Below, piece after piece: positions 1 through 9,071 of a stretch of 40,212 bases of DNA. Numbering within the stretch: the first letter of the stretch is position 1; each line of letters starts with the position of its first letter. This stretch comes from Actinomycetes bacterium (GTDB lineage: Bacteria > Actinomycetota > Actinomycetes > S36-B12): NCBI GenBank assembly GCA_046085905.1, contig JBJSWO010000201.1, positions 1 to 40,212 of the forward strand, given 5' to 3'. The notes below the pieces were generated by a model that saw only the letters and a list, made by a program, of their open reading frames with translations, had not been told where the DNA came from and did no database searches. The translations under genes and the position numbers were made by a program.

Positions 1-189
1 ATGGCCACGGCCGATACCTCCACCATGGTGGCCATCGGCAGCCTGAACCCGGGCACGAGCGCGGAGTACACGCTGCCCGCCGGCATGGATCTCGCGTCGT
101 TCCCCGTGGTCGACATCTCGCTGGAGCACTTCGACGGCGACCCCGGCCACAGTGTCACCAGTGTCGTGCGCGGAACCCTCGGCGCCTGA
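1..189 (+). CDS. C-terminal fragment of an anti-sigma factor RskA-like protein (5' end outside window)
   Basis: Ends with VVDISLEHFDGDPGHSVTSVVRGTL, a C-terminal pattern typical of actinobacterial RskA-like proteins; probably truncated by the window edge. Confidence 0.6.
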   Translation: MATADTSTMVAIGSLNPGTSAEYTLPAGMDLASFPVVDISLEHFDGDPGHSVTSVVRGTLGA

Positions 190-258
190 AACCTCACTCG
201 AGGGAGCCCGAGCATGTCGACAGGAGCGGCTCCGCGAACTGCGGGGTGATGGAGCGAG

Positions 259-1557
259 CTAGGACTTCTCCAGGAAATCCATTGCCCGAGCGGGCCACGC
301 GATGTCGGTAGGGACCCGCCTCGGACCTGACCACGGAGCCGGCGGAGCATCGAGTTTCGCGCAAATGGCATAAGCCGGAAACTCGTAGCGCTGCCGCAGC
401 TTGGTGAAGAACTCCCAAGCATCGTCGGCGTTGTACTCGATCGGGAACTCAGCCGCCTCGAGCATCGAGTAGGCCTCGTCGAACTCCGCGCGGGTGATCG
501 TCAGGGGCAACGACTCACCGGTGTCCAGGAGTCCGATCGCCTCGTGAGCCATGCCCCGCACGGCGTCGACACTCGCAGCCATCTGCGCAGCAGACCGCCC
601 TGGCTCGCGCGACGGCATCGCGATCATCCCCGAGTCGACATTCACCGTCGAACCGACCAGGCGGCCGAGCAGGGGCAGTCTCGACACGAACGATCGAGGA
701 GCGATGCTCGTGACGTAGAGAGTGTCGAAGGTCTGCACGCCCTGCGCGAGCAGGGTGTAGGCACGATGGTGCTGACGCTCATGGTTCAGCGACACGCTGA
801 GCGCGGCCGCGTCCATCATGGCCAGCAGACTTGTCGCGTAATGGCGTTGTGCCCGCGCGGAACGCACGTGCACGAGTGCCGGATACGTGAGGTGAGTCAG
901 CCGCAAGGTCGTCGCCCACTCCGCCCACGACGCGAAGACCTCGTTATTGCTCTCCAGGCGATTCGTGAGATGCGCTCGCACGAGGAACTCCGGCCCCCAC
1001 GCCGGCTCCCCGGCCTCCGTCGACAGCTGGGTGACGGCCACCTCGCGATTGGTGTAGATGCCGTAGATCGTCGGCAGGAAGCCGATCATCAGCGCGATCA
1101 CGATCGGGCCCGTCGCGGCGGCCATGAAGTCAAGGATCGTCTGATCCTGAGTGATGCCCGCATCGAAACCGAGAGTGAACAAGCTCGAGCCCGATTGGGC
1201 GAGTGCCATGCCGAAACTGTTGCCGCCGACTCCGTAGATCATGAGTCCGTAGGCGAAGAGGAAACCCACCAGCCAGGCCAGAAGCGTGACGATGATGATC
1301 AGCGGTCCGCCCCAGGCCATCACTGAATCGCGTCCCTTGTACGTGCGCCTCATCCGGGCCAGGCCCCACGATGTGTTCACCACCGCGGCCATGATCGTGT
1401 TGCTGAAGAAGCTGCGAAGGGCACGAGGCACCACGATGGTGCGCAGAAGACTCACGAGCATGGCAAGGAAGAGGGCGGTACCGAGAATGAAGCAGGCCGT
1501 GCGGGAGGCAAATTCCGCAGGACTGACCGTGAGCTCCACAGCCGTCACGTGCAGCAT
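259..1557 (-). CDS. Membrane protein with a potassium-channel-like (ion_trans_2) pore region and a long cytoplasmic C-terminus
   Basis: N-terminal TM helices, a pore-loop-like SGSSLFTLGFD followed by a TM helix (GPIVIALMIGFLPTIY), then HLTYPAL in the soluble part. Confidence 0.65.
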   Translation of the reverse strand: MLHVTAVELTVSPAEFASRTACFILGTALFLAMLVSLLRTIVVPRALRSFFSNTIMAAVVNTSWGLARMRRTYKGRDSVMAWGGPLIIIVTLLAWLVGFLFAYGLMIYGVGGNSFGMALAQSGSSLFTLGFDAGITQDQTILDFMAAATGPIVIALMIGFLPTIYGIYTNREVAVTQLSTEAGEPAWGPEFLVRAHLTNRLESNNEVFASWAEWATTLRLTHLTYPALVHVRSARAQRHYATSLLAMMDAAALSVSLNHERQHHRAYTLLAQGVQTFDTLYVTSIAPRSFVSRLPLLGRLVGSTVNVDSGMIAMPSREPGRSAAQMAASVDAVRGMAHEAIGLLDTGESLPLTITRAEFDEAYSMLEAAEFPIEYNADDAWEFFTKLRQRYEFPAYAICAKLDAPPAPWSGPRRVPTDIAWPARAMDFLEKS

Positions 1558-1708
1558 CGGGTGTCCTCTCGATCAGCGGCAGCCGAGCCCCGCGGGATGC
1601 CCATCGGTTCGTGAGACGTCACAGCCTCGTCCCTGAAAGCCTATTAGGGCCACCGCTGGGACTTTCCCGCATTGGGGAAGCCATGGGGGAAGCGACTACG
1701 CTTCAGGC

Positions 1709-2200
1709 GTGCTTGGAGACTCCGGGGTGCGCGACACCCTGCTGATCATCGCGATCCTGCTGGGCGGCGCCGCCCTGGCTGTCGCGATCTATGCCGTTGC
1801 CCGGCTCTCCCGCCTGCACCGCTCCTACGCCCTGCTCCAGGTGGCCGAGGGGCGCGAGAACTACGTCGACGTGCTCTCCCGCACCCGCGAGGAGTTCGCC
1901 GACCTCAACGAGGAGGTGCTCGCCCTCGGCGGAGCCCTCAATCGCACCCGACGTGAACTCGCCGACGCCCTGCGCCACGTCTCGGTCGTGCGCTACGACG
2001 CCTTCGGCGACATGGGCGGCCGTTTCAGCTTCTCGGCCGCCATGCTCGACGACAAGGGCGACGGAATCGTCCTCACCTCGATTCACGGCCGCTCGGAGAC
2101 CCGTACCTACATCAAGGGCCTGGCCGCAGGCGAGAGCGACATCGAGCTCTCGCCTGAGGAGCAGCAGGCCGTGCACGACGCGAAGGGAGTGCAGGCATGA
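1709..2200 (+). CDS. DUF4446 family membrane-anchored protein
   Basis: N-terminal TM, coiled coil, then the VVRYDAFGDMGGRFSFSAAMLD...GRSETRTYIK...LSPEE signature; overlaps the pheA start (ATGA); TACGCT -10 lies 6 nt before the GTG. Confidence 0.85.
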   Translation: MLGDSGVRDTLLIIAILLGGAALAVAIYAVARLSRLHRSYALLQVAEGRENYVDVLSRTREEFADLNEEVLALGGALNRTRRELADALRHVSVVRYDAFGDMGGRFSFSAAMLDDKGDGIVLTSIHGRSETRTYIKGLAAGESDIELSPEEQQAVHDAKGVQA

Positions 2201-3123
2201 CCACCCGCATCGCATTCCTGGGACCGCGCGGCTCCTTCGCGGAGGCGGCCCTGCGCACCCTGGCCATCTCCGATACCGCCGAGCTGATCGCCGCGGCATC
2301 CGTTCAGGCTGCACTCGATGCTGCCCGCGACGGCTCCGTCGACTGCGCACTCGTGCCGATCGAGAACTCGGTGGAGGGATCGGTCTCGGTCACCCTCGAC
2401 GAGCTCGCCAACGGTGAGCCGCTCGTGATCATCGACGAGGCCGTGCTCGCGGTGTCGTTCTCGCTTGTCGTGCGTCCAGGCACCGCGCTGTCGGACGTCA
2501 CGCGCATCGCGACACATCCGCATGCCGCGGCACAGGTGCGCGGCTGGATCTCGGCGAACCTTCCCGATGCCGTCATGCTGCCCGCACTATCGACTGCCGC
2601 TGCGGCACAAGGGCTCCTCGACCCTTCCTGCGGCTACGACGCAGCCGTCGCGCAGCGCATCGTCACCGAGCTCTACGAGGTCGAAGCCATTGCCGACGGC
2701 ATCGAAGACACGGCCGACGCGATCACGCGCTTCGTGCTCGTGCAGCGCCCCGGCGCCATCCCGGCACCGACAGGCGCCGACAAGACGACGCTCTCTCTGT
2801 TCATCCGTCACGATCAGCCGGGCGCACTGCTCGCGATCCTGACCGAGTTCGCAGTGCGCGGGGTGAACCTGACCCGGATCGAGTCACGTCCGACTCGCAA
2901 GCAGCTCGGCGACTACTACTTCAGTGTCGATATCGAGGGCCACGTCAACGACGCGCGCGTATCGGAGGCGCTGATGGGCCTGCACCGGGTGTGTCTCGAT
3001 GTGCGCTACATGGGCTCGTACCCGCGGCATGATGGCAAGGCACCGGTGCTGCGCGATGGCGTGACCGACGGTGATTTCGCAGAGGCCCAGGAGTGGCTTC
3101 GACAGTTGAAGGGTGAGATCTGA
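2197..3123 (+). CDS. pheA: Prephenate dehydratase
   Basis: AFLGPRGSF, VPIENSVEG and TRF motifs; C-terminal ACT domain with NLTRIESRP. Confidence 0.97.
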   Translation: MTTRIAFLGPRGSFAEAALRTLAISDTAELIAAASVQAALDAARDGSVDCALVPIENSVEGSVSVTLDELANGEPLVIIDEAVLAVSFSLVVRPGTALSDVTRIATHPHAAAQVRGWISANLPDAVMLPALSTAAAAQGLLDPSCGYDAAVAQRIVTELYEVEAIADGIEDTADAITRFVLVQRPGAIPAPTGADKTTLSLFIRHDQPGALLAILTEFAVRGVNLTRIESRPTRKQLGDYYFSVDIEGHVNDARVSEALMGLHRVCLDVRYMGSYPRHDGKAPVLRDGVTDGDFAEAQEWLRQLKGEI

Positions 3124-4111
3124 TGCGTTACTTCGTGACCGGCGCCGCCGGCTTCATCGGCTCGCACTTTGTGCGCACCCTGCTCGCAGGCGGCTACGAC
3201 GAGATCCTGCCCGGCGAGGTCACCGGCGTCACGGTCTACGACAAGCTCACCTACGCGGGCAACCTTGCGAACCTCGAGTCCGTCTCCGACGATCCGCGTT
3301 ACACCTTCGTGCAGGGCGATATCTGCGACGGGGCACTGCTCGACCAGGTGCTGCCCGGCCACGACGTCGTCGTGAACTTCGCCGCCGAGACCCACGTCGA
3401 CCGCTCGATCTCCGGCCCGCAGGCCTTCCTGATCACCAACGTGGTCGGCGCGCAGACCCTCTTCGATGCCTGCCTGAAGCATGGCATCCCGCGCACCGTG
3501 CACATCGGCACCGACGAGGTCTACGGCTCGATCGACGAGGGCTCCTGGACAGAAGCCGAGCCGCTGATCCCGAACTCGCCTTATTCCGCAGCGAAGGCCG
3601 CCGCCGAGATGCTCGTGCGCGCCTACAACGTCACCTACGGGCTCAACATCTCGTCGACCCGCTGCTCGAACAACTACGGGCCGTACCAGTTCCCGGAGAA
3701 GGTCATCCCGCTGTTCGTCACCAACCTGATCGACGGCCTGCAGGTTCCGCTCTACGGCGACGGCCTGAACGTGCGCGACTGGCTGCATGTCGACGATCAC
3801 TGCCGCGGCATTGCGATCGTGTGCGCCAAGGGCGAGCCGGGCCAGTCGTACAACATCGGCGGCGGCCTCGAGCTCAACAACCGCGAGATCACCGAGCGCG
3901 TGCTCGACGCGATGGGCGCCGACTGGTCGTCGGTGAAGCAGGTCGAGGATCGCAAGGGCCATGACCGCCGCTACTCGGTCGACGACTCGCGCCTGCGCGC
4001 CATGGGCTACGCCCCGCAGCACACCTTCGCCGATGCCTCGCCGAGACCGTCGCCTGGTACAAGGACAACGAGGCCTGGTGGCGCCCGCTCAAGGCGAAGG
4101 CTGCCCTCTAG
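3123..4111 (+). CDS. rmlB: dTDP-glucose 4,6-dehydratase with an apparent 1-bp deletion near 4035; the native C-terminus lies in another frame and ends at TAG 4109-4111
   Basis: GAAGFIG, FAAETHVDRS, TDEVYG, YSAAK, NNYGPYQFPEK and RKGHDRRY motifs; restoring one G at gat-g(g)c-ctc gives the conserved tail ADGLAETVAWYKDNEAWWRPLK. Confidence 0.92.
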
Positions 4112-4113
4112 CA

Positions 4114-4974
4114 ATGCGCGTCATCGTCACCGGGGCCAATGGCCAACTCGGCAGTGCACTGGTGGCACTCCTGTCGGCGCGCTCCGCTGACTCCGTGCTC
4201 GGCGTCGACCTGCCCGAGGTCGACATCACCGACCCCGTGTCGGTCGCCGCGGTCTTCGACTCCTTCGCCCCCGATGTCGTCATCAACTGCGCGGCCTGGA
4301 CAGCAGTCGATGATGCCGAGACGAAGGAAGAGCTCGCACTTCGGGTGAACGCCGAGGGCCCGCGCGTTCTCGCGGCGCAGTGCGCAGTGTCGGATGCCTG
4401 GCTGGTGCAGATTTCCACCGACTACGTCTTTTCGGGCGAAGCGACCTCGCCCTACCTCGAGTCGGCACCCGGCGACCCGCGCTCGGCCTACGGCCGCACC
4501 AAGCTCGCGGGCGAGGTGGCCGTGCTCTCCGAGCTACCCGCGCGCTCGTACATTGTCCGCACCGCCTGGCTCTACGGGCTACAGGGATCGAACTTCGTGA
4601 AGACGATGCTGAAGCTCGAGAAGGAGCGCGAGACGGTGTCGGTCGTGACCGATCAGGTCGGCCAGCCGACCTATGCCGGCGATCTCGCGGCGCAGATCAT
4701 CGCACTTCTCGATGTACGCCCGGCCGCCGGCATCTTCCATGCCACCAACAGCGGGCAGTGCTCGTGGTTCGAGTTCACCCAGGCGATCTTCTCCGCCATC
4801 GGGGCTGACCCGGCTCGCGTGCTGCCCACTGACTCGACCTCGTTCGTGCGCCCGGCACCGCGGCCGGCCTACTCAGTGCTCGGGCACGATGCCTGGGCCG
4901 CGGCCGGCATCCCCGAGATGCGCGACTGGCACGAGGCGCTCACGGCCGCCTTCGCCGATGGTCTCTCTGCTTAA
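4114..4974 (+). CDS. rmlD: dTDP-4-dehydrorhamnose reductase
   Basis: ATG 4114, just after the restored rmlB stop; GANGQLG, NCAAWTAVD, STDYVF, YGRTK and RPAPRPAYS motifs. Confidence 0.95.
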   Translation: MRVIVTGANGQLGSALVALLSARSADSVLGVDLPEVDITDPVSVAAVFDSFAPDVVINCAAWTAVDDAETKEELALRVNAEGPRVLAAQCAVSDAWLVQISTDYVFSGEATSPYLESAPGDPRSAYGRTKLAGEVAVLSELPARSYIVRTAWLYGLQGSNFVKTMLKLEKERETVSVVTDQVGQPTYAGDLAAQIIALLDVRPAAGIFHATNSGQCSWFEFTQAIFSAIGADPARVLPTDSTSFVRPAPRPAYSVLGHDAWAAAGIPEMRDWHEALTAAFADGLSA

Positions 4975-5009
4975 CTCGACTCGCTCGCCCACTACAGCCG
5001 GAGACTCGC

Positions 5010-5537
5010 ATGCCGATCAAGAAGCTCATTCGCACGATCCCCGACTTCCCGAAGCCGGGCATCATGTTCCGCGATGTCACCACGCTGTTCCAGGATCCCG
5101 AGGGCTTCCGCACCGTGATCGAGATCCTGCGCGAGCGCTATGCCGATCAGGAGATCGATGCAATCGTCGGCGTCGAGTCACGCGGCTTCATCGTCGGTGC
5201 ACCGCTGGCCATGGCCCTGGGCACTGCCTTCATCCCGATGCGCAAGCCCGGCAAGCTGCCCGCGGCGACGCACTCTGAGACATATGAGCTCGAGTACGGC
5301 ACCGACGAGCTGCACATCCACGTCGACGCGATCAAGCCCGGCGAGCGCATCGTGATCATCGACGATCTCCTGGCCACCGGGGGCACGGCGCGCGCCGCCG
5401 CTCGGCTGGTACGGCACTGCGAGGGCCTGATCGTCGAGGCGGCCTTCATCGTCGACCTGCCCGACCTCAAGGGCCACGAGAAGCTCGAAGACGATGGCGT
5501 GCCGGTGTTCGCGATCTGCGAGTTCGAGGGCGACTAG
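5010..5537 (+). CDS. apt: Adenine phosphoribosyltransferase
   Basis: IPDFPKPGIMFRD, ESRGF, RKPGKLP, YELEYG and the PRPP-binding IDDLLATGGT motif. Confidence 0.97.
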   Translation: MPIKKLIRTIPDFPKPGIMFRDVTTLFQDPEGFRTVIEILRERYADQEIDAIVGVESRGFIVGAPLAMALGTAFIPMRKPGKLPAATHSETYELEYGTDELHIHVDAIKPGERIVIIDDLLATGGTARAAARLVRHCEGLIVEAAFIVDLPDLKGHEKLEDDGVPVFAICEFEGD

Positions 5538-6151
5538 CCTGCGAGGCGGGCGCGCCGCGCCTGCGCGATGTACTCGGGCACGATCACGCCGATGGCCAGC
5601 GCGAAGGCCACGCCCGAGGTGATGACGAACAGCACGTCGGGCAGCAGTAGCCCATGTATCACCCATGCGGTCGAGGCGCAGATGCCGATCCACCAGGTGA
5701 GGATCGAGACTTCCGAGGGCGTGACATCGCGCATTGTCGTGAATGACTTCGCGACCTGCGGCACGCGGATGATCGTCGCTGCGAGCATCAGCGTGAGCAC
5801 GACCGGCATCGGGAAGAGGATGCCGATCACGAAGAAGAGCACGGCGAGTGCATAGATGCCAACGCCGACTGAGGTAGGCGCCGTGGAGTCCCTGGCGCGC
5901 AGCAGGCCGAGCACCAGCACGATGAGAATCGTGTTGGTGAAGATATTCGAGATCGTGCCGGCAACGTTGCCCGTGCGAATGCAGTAGCCGAACCACATGG
6001 CATAGGTGCACAGGAACATCGCCCAGGTGAGCAGCGAGACCCCGACGCCCGACCTATCGCGCCACACCTTCCAGGCCTGCGGAATCACCATGATGATGGT
6101 GAAGAAAGCAGCAGTGAAGCCGGCAAGCAGGGCGATGCTGTGCTGTGACAT
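5534..6151 (-). CDS. PQ-loop (SWEET/SemiSWEET-like) membrane transporter
   Basis: Two PQ motifs (IPQAWK, VPQVAK), each followed by a G/E-V-S-x-x-T-W segment; about 7 hydrophobic helices. Confidence 0.75.
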   Translation of the reverse strand: MSQHSIALLAGFTAAFFTIIMVIPQAWKVWRDRSGVGVSLLTWAMFLCTYAMWFGYCIRTGNVAGTISNIFTNTILIVLVLGLLRARDSTAPTSVGVGIYALAVLFFVIGILFPMPVVLTLMLAATIIRVPQVAKSFTTMRDVTPSEVSILTWWIGICASTAWVIHGLLLPDVLFVITSGVAFALAIGVIVPEYIAQARRARLAG

Positions 6152-6180
6152 CTCGCGACCTCCCTCCGACCGGTGCGTGC

Positions 6181-6981
6181 TTAGCGGAAGAGGAGATCCA
6201 GTACGTCAGCGACAGCCTCGCCGGCGACATCGCCCATGACGAAGTCAGCGCAGGCGGCAGTATCGCGATCGGCATCGCCCATGGCCACGCCGACACGAGC
6301 CCACTTCAGGGCCTCGCGGTCGTTGAAGGAGTCGCCGAACATCAGGGTCTTCGCCGGGTTGATGTCTAGACGCGTGCAGAGCGCGGCTAGGCCGGTGGCC
6401 TTGTTGACGTTCTGGGGCCCGAGATCCATCCATGCGACATCACTGACGCCGAAGACAACGGAGTGCAGCCCGAGGGAGCGGGCGATATCACCGAAGCCCT
6501 GGTCGCGGTGCGCATCACTGCGCACCACCACGCGGGTCACCGGCCGGCTGGTGAGGTGCTCGAACGGAACCTCGAGCACCTGCTTGGAGATGTAGTCGGT
6601 ACCGATGAGGCTCGTCGTGCGCAGGGTGCCGTCGATGTCCTCGACCGCGAACACGGCGTCGGGGAGGATCGGCGAGATCTTCGAGAGCAGTTCGGTCGGA
6701 TCGAAGGTCGTTGCCTCGATCACCGACTCCGGGTTGATGGTTGCGAGCACGGCACCGTTCGAGCAGATCGCCCAGCCCTCCATGCCGGCAGCGCGGGCAA
6801 CTCCCGTCGTCAGGCTCAGCGAACGACCGGTGCACGGAATGACAGTGGCGCCGGCAGCCTGCACGCGCAGGATCGCATCGCGCACGCGCTCGTGCACGAC
6901 ATCGCCATGCTCGACAAGGGTGTCATCGAAATCGATGGCAATGAGCTCGGGCTCGAAATCGAGCGGGAAATCCTTCAGCAC
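6181..6981 (-). CDS. Cof-type HAD-IIB hydrolase
   Basis: DFDDT, CTGR, NKATG and GDSFND motifs; directly downstream of serS, a common actinobacterial arrangement. Confidence 0.9.
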   Translation of the reverse strand: MLKDFPLDFEPELIAIDFDDTLVEHGDVVHERVRDAILRVQAAGATVIPCTGRSLSLTTGVARAAGMEGWAICSNGAVLATINPESVIEATTFDPTELLSKISPILPDAVFAVEDIDGTLRTTSLIGTDYISKQVLEVPFEHLTSRPVTRVVVRSDAHRDQGFGDIARSLGLHSVVFGVSDVAWMDLGPQNVNKATGLAALCTRLDINPAKTLMFGDSFNDREALKWARVGVAMGDADRDTAACADFVMGDVAGEAVADVLDLLFR

Positions 6982-6989
6982 AGCGGCTA

Positions 6990-8309
6990 CTAGCCCTTCG
7001 GGGTGAACGCCGACACGCCGCCGAGGAACGGGCGTAGGGCCTGCGGGATGACAACAGAGCCGTCGGCCTGCTGATGGTTCTCGAGAATGGCCACGATGAT
7101 GCGCGGCATCGCCACGAGCGTGCCGTTCAGGGTGGCGAGTGGCTGGGTCTTGTCGCCGTCGCGCATGCGGATCTTCAGGCGACGAGACTGGAACTCAGTC
7201 GTGTTCGAGGTTGAGGTGACCTCGCGGTAGGTGCCCTGGGTAGGGATCCAGGCCTCGATATCGAACTTGCGTGCCGCGCTGCTGCCGAGATCGCCGGTGG
7301 CGACATCGATCACGCGGTACGGGATCTCGAGGGCATTGATGAAGTCCTTCTCCCACTGCAGCAGGCGCTGATGCTCGTTCTCGGCATCGGCCGGATCGCA
7401 GTAGACGAACATCTCGACCTTGTCGAACTGGTGCACGCGGATGATGCCGCGGGTGTCCTTGCCGTAGGTACCGGCCTCGCGCCGGAAGCAGGAGGACCAG
7501 CCCGCGTAGCGGATCGGGAGTTCCTTCGCGTCGATGATCTCGTCGGAGTGATACGCCGCGAGCGGCACTTCCGACGTACCGACGAGATAGAGATCATCGG
7601 CCTCGAGGCGGTAGACGTTCTCGGCCGCCTGGCCCAGGAAGCCCGTTCCGTCCATCGCGCTCGGAAGAACCAGGCTCGGCGTGATCATCGGGATGAAGCC
7701 ATTGGCCGCGGCCTGTGCCATCGCCATGTTGAGCAGCGCGAACTCGAGCTGGGCGCCGACGCCGCGCAGGTAGAAGAAGCGCGAGCCGGAGACCTTCGCG
7801 CCTCGCGCGGTGTCGATTGCGCCGAGGATCTCGCCGATGTCGAGGTGATCCCTCGCCTCGAAGCCCTCGGCCGCGAAGTCACGCGGGGTGCCGACGTGCT
7901 CGAGGACGACGAAATCCTCCTCGCCGCCGACGGGGGAGTCGAGGTTGACCAAGTTCGACAGCTGCAGGAAGAGCGCGTCGGTCGCCTCGCCCTGCTCATT
8001 GGCCGCAGCCTCGGCGGCCTTGGTGCGCTCGGCGAGATCAGTGGCCTTGGCCATCAGGGCATCGAGCTCGGCCTGGGCGGCGGCCTTCGCGTTGTCGTCC
8101 GACGCCTTCTTGAGCGCGCCCTGCAGGGGGCCGATCTCCTTGCCGATCAGCTTCTGCTGGTTGCGCAGCTCGTCGAACTGGGCCTGGGCCGCGCGCTTGG
8201 CGGCATCGGCCTCGATGAGGCGGTCGACGAGGGTGACGTCCTCGCCGCGGCGGCGCTGGGACTCGCGAATTCGGTCGGGGTCGGTGCGCAGAATCTGGGG
8301 ATCGATCAC
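6990..8309 (-). CDS. serS: Serine--tRNA ligase
   Basis: N-terminal coiled coil; [22 protein letters not shown] and TLNGT class II motifs. Confidence 0.98.
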   Translation of the reverse strand: MIDPQILRTDPDRIRESQRRRGEDVTLVDRLIEADAAKRAAQAQFDELRNQQKLIGKEIGPLQGALKKASDDNAKAAAQAELDALMAKATDLAERTKAAEAAANEQGEATDALFLQLSNLVNLDSPVGGEEDFVVLEHVGTPRDFAAEGFEARDHLDIGEILGAIDTARGAKVSGSRFFYLRGVGAQLEFALLNMAMAQAAANGFIPMITPSLVLPSAMDGTGFLGQAAENVYRLEADDLYLVGTSEVPLAAYHSDEIIDAKELPIRYAGWSSCFRREAGTYGKDTRGIIRVHQFDKVEMFVYCDPADAENEHQRLLQWEKDFINALEIPYRVIDVATGDLGSSAARKFDIEAWIPTQGTYREVTSTSNTTEFQSRRLKIRMRDGDKTQPLATLNGTLVAMPRIIVAILENHQQADGSVVIPQALRPFLGGVSAFTPKG

Positions 8310-8500
8310 GAGCCCAGCCTACGGGGCGAGGCGAGGGCCCCGTGAGGGCGTGCTGAGGGGCACAAGGCGCTCCGAGCGGCCGGGCGACTCCGGAGGAGAC
8401 GAGGTAACCGACAGGCATTTTGACCGTTCATCTCCGTATGCCACACTTTTCGGGCTTTGCCCGCATGAGGCGGGCTCGAGCGGAGAGGTATGCGAGTCGA

Positions 8501-9004
8501 GTGGACTACAACTGGCTGACCCCGAAGGCACTTGCACAGCCCGCCGGGGACAAGGGATGGGGCTCCTTCGTGACGGAGCGGATCAGTGCCGGCGAGACGA
8601 TCGTGGGCTTCGGCGGCTGGATGATCCCGCGAGACGTCCTCTCCACCCTGTCAGCCGACCGACAGGCCAGGTCGATCCAGGTCGATGAAGATCTCTACCT
8701 CGTGTCCTCCGACGTCCGGGAGCCCGGCGACATGCTCAACCACTCCTGTGACCCGAACTGCGGGCTGTCGGGATCGCAGATCCTCGTCGCGATGCGCGAT
8801 ATCGAGGTCGGCGAGGAGCTCACCTTCGACTACGCCATGTGCGACGCCTCCGACTACGACGAGTTCACCTGCCTGTGCGGCAGCGCTGCCTGCCGGGGCA
8901 TCGTGACCGGCTCCGACTGGCGCGATCCGGTTCTCCAGGCGAAGTACATGGGCTACTTCTCGCCGTACCTGATGAAGCGCATCGCGGCTCTGCCGACTGT
9001 CTAA
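8501..9004 (+). CDS. SET-domain protein (putative lysine methyltransferase) with post-SET Cys cluster; start uncertain (GTG 8501 or ATG 8438)
   Basis: KGWG, NHSCDPN, EELTFDY and CLCGSAAC motifs. Confidence 0.88.
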   Translation: MDYNWLTPKALAQPAGDKGWGSFVTERISAGETIVGFGGWMIPRDVLSTLSADRQARSIQVDEDLYLVSSDVREPGDMLNHSCDPNCGLSGSQILVAMRDIEVGEELTFDYAMCDASDYDEFTCLCGSAACRGIVTGSDWRDPVLQAKYMGYFSPYLMKRIAALPTV

Positions 9005-9071
9005 GCGCGACTGCGTCTCCTTCATCCAACGTCGCGCTTCGTTCGCGCTCTCTCTGCGATCGCGCAGACGA

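Noticed and set aside
3123-4190. 355-aa RmlB with a novel Arg/Pro-rich C-terminal extension, or programmed frameshifting
   Set aside because: The extension is out-of-frame read-through after a 1-bp deletion; no slippery heptamer is evident
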